A stretch of DNA of 64,000 bases. Origin: Planctomycetota bacterium (GTDB lineage Bacteria > Planctomycetota > UBA8108 > SXIK01). Below the pieces are notes generated by a model. The model saw nothing but the letters and a program-made list of their open reading frames with translations. It made no database searches and was not told the origin of the DNA. The DNA lies in NCBI GenBank assembly GCA_965223845.1, contig CBDCXR010000004.1, positions 5,088,001 through 5,152,000 on the forward strand. The letters are read 5' to 3'. Positions 29,784-38,838 of this stretch are shown in pieces. A program made the translations under genes and the position numbers. Positions within the stretch are counted from its first letter, which is position 1; each line of letters begins with the position of its first letter.

Positions 29784-32700
29784 CTATTCCCGGCGTGTGC
29801 GGTCGAGAAGCGCGCGGGCCTCCTCGGCCAGAGTTCGAATCACGGGGCGTTCCTCGCTCGCGACGACCCCGGTCTCCGCGATCTTGAGAAGCGCTGGAAC
29901 GCGGCTCGCCGCCCGCGAGGGCTCATCTGTCGTCGCGCTCGCCACCGCGAGGACCGCAGCCTCCATGGCCGAGAGCTTTTTGGTCGCCTCCGAGTTCTCG
30001 AGATCAGAGAGCGCGTCGCGATGTGCCTCGAGGAGCGGTTCCCGTTTTCTCGCGCGCAAGAGCGCTAGCGCGCGAGCACGGCGCAGTCCTCGGTGTCTCT
30101 CGGGCTCGTCGAGGGCTTCTGCCGCTTTCGAGAGTAACTCGAGGGCTTCGTTGGCAACCGCTGGAGTCGCGTCATCGGGATCCATCGGAGAGACTAGGAT
30201 CCACGCGAGGGCGATGCGGCACCCCGCGTCGTAGAGACCGCGCTCGACTCTCTGAAGCGCCAGACGAGCCGCATCGACGGCTTCGCGTTGGCGGCCGTGG
30301 TCACGAAGGACGATGGACAGCGAAAGAAGCGGCGCGATCCATTCGGGGCGCAAGGATCGCGCCTTCTCGATTGACCCGAGCGCCGCGCCCTCGTCACCGA
30401 GCCCGTAGTGGGCTTGCGCCGACCAATAGTGAAAGTCGGCGACGTCCGCGAACTCCGGCGCCAACGGCCGCAGAGCGTCGAGAGCTTCGCCGAACTTTCT
30501 CGTGAGCGTGAGCTCGCGTGCCCGCTTTATGCGCGGATCAAGTACACCTAGCCGTACGACCAGTCGAAACGACTCTTCGGGCTCGCGCTCGGCTGGAGTC
30601 GAAGTCGGCGGACCCGACCAATCGAGATGTAGATCGCTCAGCTCGGCTCGCAGCCGCGAAATGTCCCAGACCCGCGTCATGCTGGGCGACTTGGAGGGAA
30701 CGGCGAGCAGTCCTTGCGACAGCGACAACGCGTCGTCGAAGAACGTCTCGTGACGCGATGGTGGCGAGACCCGCATTCGCAGCTCGAGCGACGGAAACTC
30801 GAGCAGACGAATGTCGAGATTCGAGAAACTGTAGGCGACCGAGCGCCCGTCGGCGCTGAACACGACTCGACCCGGCGTGTGCACGCCCCGGTCGCGCGGC
30901 GCCGCCCCGACGCGGCGCCACGAGCCGACCTCGTATACGGCCAGCTCAGCGCTTACGACGGCGAGATGCTGACCGTCCGGAGAGAACCGAACCTGAGAAC
31001 GCGGAAGATGGACCGGAACTTCGATGACCGGCTCTCCCGTCGTCGCATTCCAGATGCGCATGTTGGAGTTCGCGTATTCCCCACCAGCAATCCACCGGTG
31101 ATCAGGGCTCAAGACCGGGTTCTCGACCCATTCGCTCGAAGCGACCGGCACGGCTCGCGTCGACTCGGGTCGGTCGATGGGAACGATGTGAAATCGCTCG
31201 TCCCCATGAATCACCACCGTGCGCGAGCTCAGGTCGACGAGGGATTCGACATTCGCGCGAAGAAGGATCTTCGGCGGACCGATCCTAAGTGTACGTTGCG
31301 TCTTGGCTGCGCCTTCGGAAGCGTCGATCGACTCGCGCCAGGGCCACTGGATGATCCCGAGCTCGCCGCACGTAATCAGAGAGCTCGTTTTCGCGTCGAA
31401 GGCCAAACTCAAGACATGACCCGCGACGACATCACCCACGTGTCGGCTACGAGTTCGATCCCAGAGCTCGAGCGCGGTGCCGCCTTGAATGACGAGCCAA
31501 CGTCCCTCCGGGTCAGCCGTTGCGCCGCGCGAGAGCACCGCGTCGTTGCGACTACGATATCCTCGAAATGCGCCGGATCCGCGAAACGTGTAGAAATCGA
31601 TGCCTCCCCGGCGACGCACTGCCAATGTAGGCCCATCTGAAATCACACTCTCGAGCTCTCCGGGAATGCGGGCGATGGTCTCGGTCGAACTGAAGTCCCA
31701 GACTCGGACAAAACCATCCCAAGAATCGGCGGCGGCAATCCCCCCGCCGGCCGAGACTCGCATCACGGGACTTCCCGGGTCGGCTAGCCGAACTGGATCC
31801 TCGTCGTTGTCCAAGCTGACTCGGTGGAGCTCGGTGTCGACAAAAGCCAGCAGGTCGTCCCCCGAGGAGTTCCAAACCAGCTGCGACTTTCGATGGGACA
31901 AGGGACGACTGTGGACTCGCTCGAGCACGACTTGCGCATCAGCGCTTGAGTAACGAAACACGTCGACGGCTCGCTCCTCACGCCGAGAGAAAGCGAGAAA
32001 CTCTCCGCCGGGACTCGCGGCGACGGAGTGGTAGGCACTATCTGCGGGCAGCAGATCGACTCGAAGCTCGGATTGATCCAGATCGAATATTGCGAGCGAG
32101 TCGTCCGGCAGCGAGCCGATCAAGAAGCGGGAATCGCGAGAGAAGAGTCGCGATCGCTTCAGGTCATGAATCCGTCGTAGCGTCGAATCGGATCGCCAAC
32201 GCACCACGGCGGCGATGCGCCGATTGAGGCCGTCGATCGCCAGCCACTCACCGTCCGGACTGAACTCACAGCGGTAGCTGTCTCTTTCGGTCAACGCGAA
32301 GCTCGCTAGGACCGCGCCTTCCGACCCGGAGACGACGATCTCTCGAGACGGGCCGACCTCGTCGCCATCGCGCAGCGAGTTCGAATCAGATCGGCGGTGG
32401 CGGATGTATGCCATCACTCGCGACTTTGGATGCGTCGCGAGGGGCCGGGCATCGTCGTCCGGGATCGACCAGCTTTTCTCGAGCTCGAAGGCCGGCCGAG
32501 AGAGAACGGCGACCGCGAGATCGCGCAACTCCTGAGACTGCGAGATCGTGGTCGCGCGCTCGATGGCTTCCAAGCTCCGCCGTCGCTGACCGGGGCCCGC
32601 AGGCACGGAACTCTCGCGAGCCGCCGTGACGAGAGTCTCAAACGCTGTCTGGCGGGAGACGACCGCGGAACGAATGGCAAGCGCGGTGACCGCGACCAGC

Positions 32701-33974
32701 AAGACCACGGTCGCGACGGCGAGCAACGCCGCAATCGGATTCCGCTTCGCGGCCAACCAAGCCCGTCGGGTCCGCGTGGTCGGCCGCGCGAGGATGGGGC
32801 GCGAGTCGACGAAGCGTTCCAGGTCGTCGGCGAGGAGCTCGGCACGTTCGTACCGTCGGCGCTCGTCTCGATCCATCGCCTTGGCGACGATCGTCTCGAG
32901 ATCGAGTGGAATCGAAGGGTCGAGGCGCCGGAGCGGCACGGCACTCGAGTGCAAGACCGCGTTCACCAAGGAGGCACGATCGGGTGCGGCAAACGGAGGC
33001 CGAAGCGCGAGCAGTTCGTAGAGAGTGACGCCGAGCGAATAGATATCGCTGCGCGCGCTCGCGCGCGCCGAAAACCGCTCCGGTCCCATGTAGCGCAACG
33101 TTCCGACGGCGTCGCCCGGTGCCGTGAGGCCCTCCGCGCTCGCGTCGCGGGCTAAGCCGAAGTCCGTTACCCAGACCTTGTGATCCTGATCGAACAAAAG
33201 GTTCGAGGGCTTGACATCGCGATGCAGAATACCGCGCTCGTGCGCGTACTCGAGAGCGCGGGCGGCCTGCGCGCCGATGCGCGCGATGCTGCGAAAGTAC
33301 GCGCCACGTTGCTCGCGCGTCGAGCTGTCGCCGAAACCGGATTCGCGGCCGATCTTGGACGCGACATCGACGGGACTTCCATGTCCGCGCTCGGCTTCGT
33401 CGCGCAAATGGCGCATTTCCTCGATGACTCGATCGAGTCCCTGCCCATCGACGAGTTGCATCGTGTAGAAGTGGAAGCCGTCCGCTTCGCCGACGTCGTG
33501 GACGGCGACGATGTTCGCGTGATGCAGCTTGGCCGCCGCTCGGGCTTCCGTGTTGAATCGCGCCAGCGCGTTGGCGCCCGCGGCACCGGGTGACTGCGCG
33601 AGCACCTTGAGTGCTACGCGCCGGCCCAATGACCGCTGCTCGGCCTCGTAGACGACGCCCATGCCCCCGCGACCGAGCTCGCGGATGAGCCGAAACTCCC
33701 CGAGCTGTCGCGTTCGTTCGAGCTGCGTGAGCGCAGATCCTCCGGCAGCCTCGCGCCCTCTCCCTTCGATCAGAACGAGCGTCGGAAAGATCGCATGCAG
33801 CTCTCGTTCGAGCTTCGGATGGCGCTCTACGTACTCCTGTAGGACCGGTCGCTCGCCCCGGCGAACGCGGCTCACGACTTCATCGCAGATTTGCTCGAGA
33901 AGCTTGTCGTCGAGCTCATCGCCGCCGAGCGATTCGCTCAGCGCGTCCTCGTGTCCCTGCGAATCGAAGTCCAT
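29784..33974 (-). CDS. Ser/Thr protein kinase with TM helix, WD40-like propeller and TPR region
   Basis: LGRGGMGVVY, VALKVL, HRDVKPSNLL, TDFGLA, GTLRYMGPE; TM segment IAALLAVATVVLLVAVTALAI; FSPDG/WD repeats; C-terminal TPR-like helices. Confidence 0.93.
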   Translation of the reverse strand: MDFDSQGHEDALSESLGGDELDDKLLEQICDEVVSRVRRGERPVLQEYVERHPKLERELHAIFPTLVLIEGRGREAAGGSALTQLERTRQLGEFRLIRELGRGGMGVVYEAEQRSLGRRVALKVLAQSPGAAGANALARFNTEARAAAKLHHANIVAVHDVGEADGFHFYTMQLVDGQGLDRVIEEMRHLRDEAERGHGSPVDVASKIGRESGFGDSSTREQRGAYFRSIARIGAQAARALEYAHERGILHRDVKPSNLLFDQDHKVWVTDFGLARDASAEGLTAPGDAVGTLRYMGPERFSARASARSDIYSLGVTLYELLALRPPFAAPDRASLVNAVLHSSAVPLRRLDPSIPLDLETIVAKAMDRDERRRYERAELLADDLERFVDSRPILARPTTRTRRAWLAAKRNPIAALLAVATVVLLVAVTALAIRSAVVSRQTAFETLVTAARESSVPAGPGQRRRSLEAIERATTISQSQELRDLAVAVLSRPAFELEKSWSIPDDDARPLATHPKSRVMAYIRHRRSDSNSLRDGDEVGPSREIVVSGSEGAVLASFALTERDSYRCEFSPDGEWLAIDGLNRRIAAVVRWRSDSTLRRIHDLKRSRLFSRDSRFLIGSLPDDSLAIFDLDQSELRVDLLPADSAYHSVAASPGGEFLAFSRREERAVDVFRYSSADAQVVLERVHSRPLSHRKSQLVWNSSGDDLLAFVDTELHRVSLDNDEDPVRLADPGSPVMRVSAGGGIAAADSWDGFVRVWDFSSTETIARIPGELESVISDGPTLAVRRRGGIDFYTFRGSGAFRGYRSRNDAVLSRGATADPEGRWLVIQGGTALELWDRTRSRHVGDVVAGHVLSLAFDAKTSSLITCGELGIIQWPWRESIDASEGAAKTQRTLRIGPPKILLRANVESLVDLSSRTVVIHGDERFHIVPIDRPESTRAVPVASSEWVENPVLSPDHRWIAGGEYANSNMRIWNATTGEPVIEVPVHLPRSQVRFSPDGQHLAVVSAELAVYEVGSWRRVGAAPRDRGVHTPGRVVFSADGRSVAYSFSNLDIRLLEFPSLELRMRVSPPSRHETFFDDALSLSQGLLAVPSKSPSMTRVWDISRLRAELSDLHLDWSGPPTSTPAEREPEESFRLVVRLGVLDPRIKRARELTLTRKFGEALDALRPLAPEFADVADFHYWSAQAHYGLGDEGAALGSIEKARSLRPEWIAPLLSLSIVLRDHGRQREAVDAARLALQRVERGLYDAGCRIALAWILVSPMDPDDATPAVANEALELLSKAAEALDEPERHRGLRRARALALLRARKREPLLEAHRDALSDLENSEATKKLSAMEAAVLAVASATTDEPSRAASRVPALLKIAETGVVASEERPVIRTLAEEARALLDRTRRE

Positions 33975-34058
33975 CGCGCGTCGTTACGGTGACTAACCCG
34001 GGAAACCAATCCTGAGAGAATACTCAAGGCCCCCACGAGCAGCCGTGAGACCGGCAGG

Positions 34059-37000
34059 CTACGGACAAGCATCGTACTCGCATTCAGCGAGGCGGTCATT
34101 CGTCGGATCCGGCCCGCACTCGAACGGCCCCGGCGCGGTAGGTGCCAGCCCATTCGCGAAGAGGTAGTTGAGTGTCGCGAGAGCATCGGAGACGTCAACG
34201 GAGCCGTCATCGTTCGCGTCGGCAGCATCGAGACAGCGCGGCATTCGACCGGTGGCAAAGAGCCAATTGAGCGTCTGCACGGGATCCGCGATGTTGACGA
34301 GACCATCGCCATTGGAATCCGCACGACGGAAACGCCCGCCGACGATCACTTCGACGACGAACGTACACAGAGCACTGTTGCCGGCACCGTCGACCGCAAG
34401 GACGGAGACGCGAGTCTCCCCGGGGGCGAACACCGAACCCGACGGAGGATCCGCCTGCACGTCGACGACGCCGCTGGGATCGGAAGCCACGAGGTCGAAC
34501 TCCACGACGGCCTGGTCCTCACCGAGGGCCTCGATCACCAGTCGATCGGGACACTCGAGTTTCGGCGGCTCGAGGTCGGGGGACACGGCGATGCTACCCG
34601 AGGTGCGCTGCGGCGTGCTGCTTTGCGTGGTGTCGCCCAACTGGACGGCGACCACCGACTCCACTTCCGGGTCGCCCAGGCCATCGACGATCTTGAGCTC
34701 GACCTCCCGCGGTTCGGCGCCCGTCACGGGATCCGGGGTCTCGGTTGACGCGACCTCCAACTCGAGGATTCGGAGCGGTTCCGTCGCATCGAGCGGCGCT
34801 CCGGGAGTCAACACGATCCCGACGACCCACTGACCGGCACCGAGCGCGTCGTCGTCATCGGCGCTGCGCACGAAAAAGCTGTCGACGGCTTCGGGGGCGA
34901 CATCCGGTCCCGGACGAATGGAGCGTATCTCGAGCAAGCTCGAATCGGCGAGCTCGAGGCCCAACTGCACGGCTCCGAGCGGCGCGTCAGACTCTGCCGA
35001 GACGTACGCCTTGAAGAAAGATCCGCTCGAGCGATCGACGACGCCGCTAGAGCCACTGAGACTCGTCGACGGCGGACAGTCGCTCCGAAGCACAAACGCC
35101 GCGGGGTCGGGACGCGGATCATTCGCGCAAGGCAAATCGACGTCGCGCAGGTAAAGCGGATCGCGATTTCGCCCTGGGATGAGGAGGCGCAAGTTACCGG
35201 CGAAGAGATCGAAGTGCGTGAGCTCGTAGGCGTCTCGAAATGGCTCACAGTGACTGAACTCGCCGCCCGCGGTCGACGGAGCGGCGAGACCCGAAAGGTC
35301 GAAGTCGAGAAAGAGCTCCCACGAAAAGTCCATTGGAAGAGAGAGACCGGGAATCTGCGAAATCGCACGCGCCGTCGACAAGCGCGCGCGATCGAGACGG
35401 ATACGCACCTCGCCCAAGAGCGAGTCGCGGGCACGAGCGTCCAGATCGTGGATGAAGACGTCGAACTCATCGAGACCGCTCGTAGGATCCGTGTGCGTAG
35501 CGCCGCGCTCAAAGGTGATCGTTCCGACGAAATCCTTCGTAAAGACGCCGACGCCCGGGATCTCGAGATCTTCGCAGATCGTGATCGCAGCGGTTTCCCT
35601 CGGCGCCCGGATATCGATGTTCCAAAGCTCCGGCAGCGGCGCGAACGGCTCGAGAACACCGTCGCGAAAGAGACCGATACTCGACGAAAACACTCCGTCC
35701 GGCGTCTCCCCCGATAGCGCGACGCGGATGCTCTCGCCGGTGAGCGCAGTGGACGTCGGCTCGAGGACGAGGCGCACGAGCTCGAGATCCACGCCGGGCT
35801 CGATCGCGCTGCCGGGTTGCAGCGAGAGCTGAACGACGGCGTAGTCCAGCCCGCTCACGAGCTCGAGTGAACGAACTGCGTCGGCCGGCAAGTCGGCCCC
35901 TGGCTCGACGCCGCGGATGGCGAAGCGGTCGTCATCAAAATCGAAAACGATCGTCGAGTCAGCGATGGGCGACGGCGAGTCGACATGAACCGATATCGGA
36001 TAGGGTTCGCGCAGACGCTCGGGGTCGATCACCGCTTCCGGGATTCGGATCACGGGCTCGAGCATGCAAACTTCGAGTGCTTCGATGCGCGCGGTCAAAT
36101 AGACCCTCGTGCCCTCGACCAACGCGCTGCTCGCCCAACTGAGCGAAGCGGATTCGAATTCCGAGATCGACCAGCGGGTCGGAAGACTCGGAAACGCAGG
36201 CCGCACGCGAGGAACGAGAAGAAGATAACCATCGTCTTCATGCGGAGGGGTCCATGAATCTTCCGTGAACGAACGCACCACATAGTGCTTCACCTCGGTG
36301 GAAGATTCGCTGGGAGAGGCCAGAAGGTTGCCCCTCGTCGATTCGAACACGCGATCGCCCGTGTCGAGCTCAAAGTCGTTGAGAAAGCGGAAATTCGTGA
36401 ACCCTGGATGCGACGGTTCCGGCTGCAGATCGTACGAGAACCGGCCGGTGATCGGTTGACCGATCTTCGGGGCCGCGCCTACGGGATGGACTGCGGTCAC
36501 GATCGCTCGGAAGCGGACGCAGGCAGTCGCCGGCGCGCCGCAATAGGCGCTCGGCTGTACGAGGACGTCCACTCCGTCGCCCTCGAAAAACGAGTGACCG
36601 GTTGATGAAGCGGACTCGTACGAAAACCGCTGAGACGCCGCGTGAATCGGATAGATCGCCGGCGGCAGACAGAGCGATTGCCAGCCCACGAAGACGGGAG
36701 CTCCGTCGCCGAGACTCCATCGCGTGTCTTCCGGTAGAACGGTGACGACTCGTGGCTCCGTCACGAGCTCGAGTCGTCGATACCCTCCGTGGCCGAGCGC
36801 CGGATCGGCGACCAAGACGAATCCGCTCGGAGACACGGCGTACTCGAGGTGCGGACCGACGTTCGTCAGCGCGAGAGTGTAGCGAGACGGGGCGAGTCGT
36901 GTGCTCGCGTTACCGCGAAAGATCGAGGCGGGTACACCGTCGGCTCCAGATCCCCAACGTCCGTGGTAGCCACCGACATCGAACGACACCGGGTGAGTGA

Positions 37001-38030
37001 CGAGCGAGAAACTCGACGTCCCACCGCTCGCGAGGCTCGAGTCGTCGACGCTGACAAGGCCCGACGGCGAGACCGTGTACGACACGTGGCGGAGATCAAC
37101 CCCCGCAAGCCCGAAGTTGTAGGTGGCGGGCGCGAGCTGGCTCGTTGCGTTGCCCATGAAGATCGACGCCGCGACACCGTCGGCTCCAGTGCCCCAACGG
37201 CCGGGGTATCCGGAGACGTCGAAGCTCACTTCCAGCGTCTCGAGAGTGAACGATCGTTCGCCACCTTGGGCGAGAGCGGAATCCGACGTCGACACCACTC
37301 CGCTAGGCGCGAGTGTGTACCGCACATGGAAGAGGTCGACGCCCGGGAGGCCGAACTGATACGTCGCCGGAGCGAGATGATGAGAATCGTTTCCCAACGA
37401 TATGCTGGCCGCGACACCGTCCGCACCGTTCCTCCATCGACCGGGGTAACCGCTCACGTCGAAGTCGACCTCCAGAGTGACGAGCGAGAGCATGCGATCG
37501 CCGCCCGTCGCCAGAGTCGGATCCGACGAGCTCACGGCGCCACCGGGTTCCACGGTGTACTCCACGTGGCGGAGGTCGACTCCCGAAAGACCGAGCGTGT
37601 AGGTCGCCGCGGCCAGGACGACGCTCGCGTCGCCGGAGTGCAGCGAAGGCGCGTTCTGGTCGTTCCCGGAACGCCAACGGCCCGCGTAGCCGTTCACGCG
37701 GACATCGACCGTCCACGTCAGAAGCTCGAGACGCCCTGTGCCTCCGCTGGCACGAAGGGGATCGTCGGAGGCGACGGTTCCGTCCGCGGCGACGTTGAAG
37801 CCGACCAGCTGATTGTCGACTCCGACGAGCCCGAGATGGTGGTGACCCGGCGCAAGGTCGAGCGTCCGGTCTCCTTCGTAGGCTGGAATCCCGTCGACGA
37901 GCCAGCGGCCGGTGTATCCGCCGATGTCGATCTCGACCTCGACCGCTCCGAGTGAGCTCGGCAGCAGCAGGAGAACCGTCCAGATCGGTCGGTACCGCGC
38001 GTTCGGGTGTCGCTGAGTGTCTCGTTCCAT
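34059..38030 (-). CDS. Secreted protein: five ~80-aa GYxGRW repeats, two cohesin-like domains, HYR-like domain, C-terminal dockerin
   Basis: Signal peptide; repeats at about 36760-37945; cohesin-like beta-sandwiches at about 35610-36060 and 34590-35040; HYR-like DLEPPKLECP..PSGSVFAPGETRV..DGAGNSALCTFVV; FRRADSNGDG dockerin. Confidence 0.8.
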   Translation of the reverse strand: MERDTQRHPNARYRPIWTVLLLLPSSLGAVEVEIDIGGYTGRWLVDGIPAYEGDRTLDLAPGHHHLGLVGVDNQLVGFNVAADGTVASDDPLRASGGTGRLELLTWTVDVRVNGYAGRWRSGNDQNAPSLHSGDASVVLAAATYTLGLSGVDLRHVEYTVEPGGAVSSSDPTLATGGDRMLSLVTLEVDFDVSGYPGRWRNGADGVAASISLGNDSHHLAPATYQFGLPGVDLFHVRYTLAPSGVVSTSDSALAQGGERSFTLETLEVSFDVSGYPGRWGTGADGVAASIFMGNATSQLAPATYNFGLAGVDLRHVSYTVSPSGLVSVDDSSLASGGTSSFSLVTHPVSFDVGGYHGRWGSGADGVPASIFRGNASTRLAPSRYTLALTNVGPHLEYAVSPSGFVLVADPALGHGGYRRLELVTEPRVVTVLPEDTRWSLGDGAPVFVGWQSLCLPPAIYPIHAASQRFSYESASSTGHSFFEGDGVDVLVQPSAYCGAPATACVRFRAIVTAVHPVGAAPKIGQPITGRFSYDLQPEPSHPGFTNFRFLNDFELDTGDRVFESTRGNLLASPSESSTEVKHYVVRSFTEDSWTPPHEDDGYLLLVPRVRPAFPSLPTRWSISEFESASLSWASSALVEGTRVYLTARIEALEVCMLEPVIRIPEAVIDPERLREPYPISVHVDSPSPIADSTIVFDFDDDRFAIRGVEPGADLPADAVRSLELVSGLDYAVVQLSLQPGSAIEPGVDLELVRLVLEPTSTALTGESIRVALSGETPDGVFSSSIGLFRDGVLEPFAPLPELWNIDIRAPRETAAITICEDLEIPGVGVFTKDFVGTITFERGATHTDPTSGLDEFDVFIHDLDARARDSLLGEVRIRLDRARLSTARAISQIPGLSLPMDFSWELFLDFDLSGLAAPSTAGGEFSHCEPFRDAYELTHFDLFAGNLRLLIPGRNRDPLYLRDVDLPCANDPRPDPAAFVLRSDCPPSTSLSGSSGVVDRSSGSFFKAYVSAESDAPLGAVQLGLELADSSLLEIRSIRPGPDVAPEAVDSFFVRSADDDDALGAGQWVVGIVLTPGAPLDATEPLRILELEVASTETPDPVTGAEPREVELKIVDGLGDPEVESVVAVQLGDTTQSSTPQRTSGSIAVSPDLEPPKLECPDRLVIEALGEDQAVVEFDLVASDPSGVVDVQADPPSGSVFAPGETRVSVLAVDGAGNSALCTFVVEVIVGGRFRRADSNGDGLVNIADPVQTLNWLFATGRMPRCLDAADANDDGSVDVSDALATLNYLFANGLAPTAPGPFECGPDPTNDRLAECEYDACP

Positions 38031-38072
38031 CCTCGCGCCTCCGCTTCGGGGTCTGTGTCCTCTCGATACGAG

Positions 38073-38104
38073 TCATCTGCGAGCACACCCCCGGCGCGGG
38101 ACAG
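38073..38104 (-). promoter_or_regulatory. Candidate ECF-sigma promoter CTGTCCCGCG-N13-CGCAGATGA
   Basis: Ends about 43 bp upstream of ATG 38030; both boxes recur exactly upstream of the 45207 gene. Confidence 0.55.
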
Positions 38105-38144
38105 AGAATCGAGCGGCCGGGGACGGCCCTTCCCCGGACGGGTG

Positions 38145-38768
38145 TCAGGCGTCGTCGCCATCCTCGATGAGCGCGCTGAGCCGCCGCAACGCGCGGAGGT
38201 AGCGCTTCCGCGCAGTGTCCTCCTCGAGCTCGAGCACCTGCGCAGCTTCCACCGACGTCAGCCCCTCGTAGTGGCGCAGGGCCAGAATCTCCCGATCGAG
38301 GGGCTTCATTCGGTTAATGGCATCCTCGAGTCGGAGCTTGGACTCAGCGCGCGCCGCGGCGTTGCTCGGCGACGTGAAGTGCCCCACGAGTCGTGCCGCC
38401 AGGACAACCGAGCTCGCGTCCGGGATTCCCGAGCGAAAGATCGAAACTTCTCGCGCGGCGTCGCGATGCGCACCGAAGTGGCGGCGGTGTTCCTGATGAA
38501 GACGTTGAACGGCGAGAAACCGAAGCCAGAGAAAAAGGGAGGAGAACGGCTTAGACCGATGGAACTCCTCCAGTCGCCGGCTGGCCTCCAAGAACGTGTC
38601 CTGCAGGATGTCCTCCGCGTCGATGCGACCCGCGACGCGAGGATGCAGCCGCAGCTCGAGCATCTGCTCGAGCCGCGGACGCTCAAGCTCGAGGACGCGT
38701 GCCAGCTCACTGACGTCCGCGACCTCGAACTCGGGTTTGGAGTTCGATTCGTTCTCGCCTCGATTCAT
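38145..38768 (-). CDS. ECF sigma-70 factor, planctomycete-type
   Basis: RLHPRVAGRIDAEDILQDTFLEA (region 2), LWLR, TSPS linker, DREILALRHYEGLTSVEAAQVL..ARKRYLRALRRL (region 4 HTH). Confidence 0.92.
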   Translation of the reverse strand: MNRGENESNSKPEFEVADVSELARVLELERPRLEQMLELRLHPRVAGRIDAEDILQDTFLEASRRLEEFHRSKPFSSLFLWLRFLAVQRLHQEHRRHFGAHRDAAREVSIFRSGIPDASSVVLAARLVGHFTSPSNAAARAESKLRLEDAINRMKPLDREILALRHYEGLTSVEAAQVLELEEDTARKRYLRALRRLSALIEDGDDA

Positions 38769-38838
38769 TCAACCCCTCGATCCGCGCCCCTTCCTATCGT
38801 CGCGCCTCGCGATCTTACCGCAGCTTGTGCCGAGAAGC

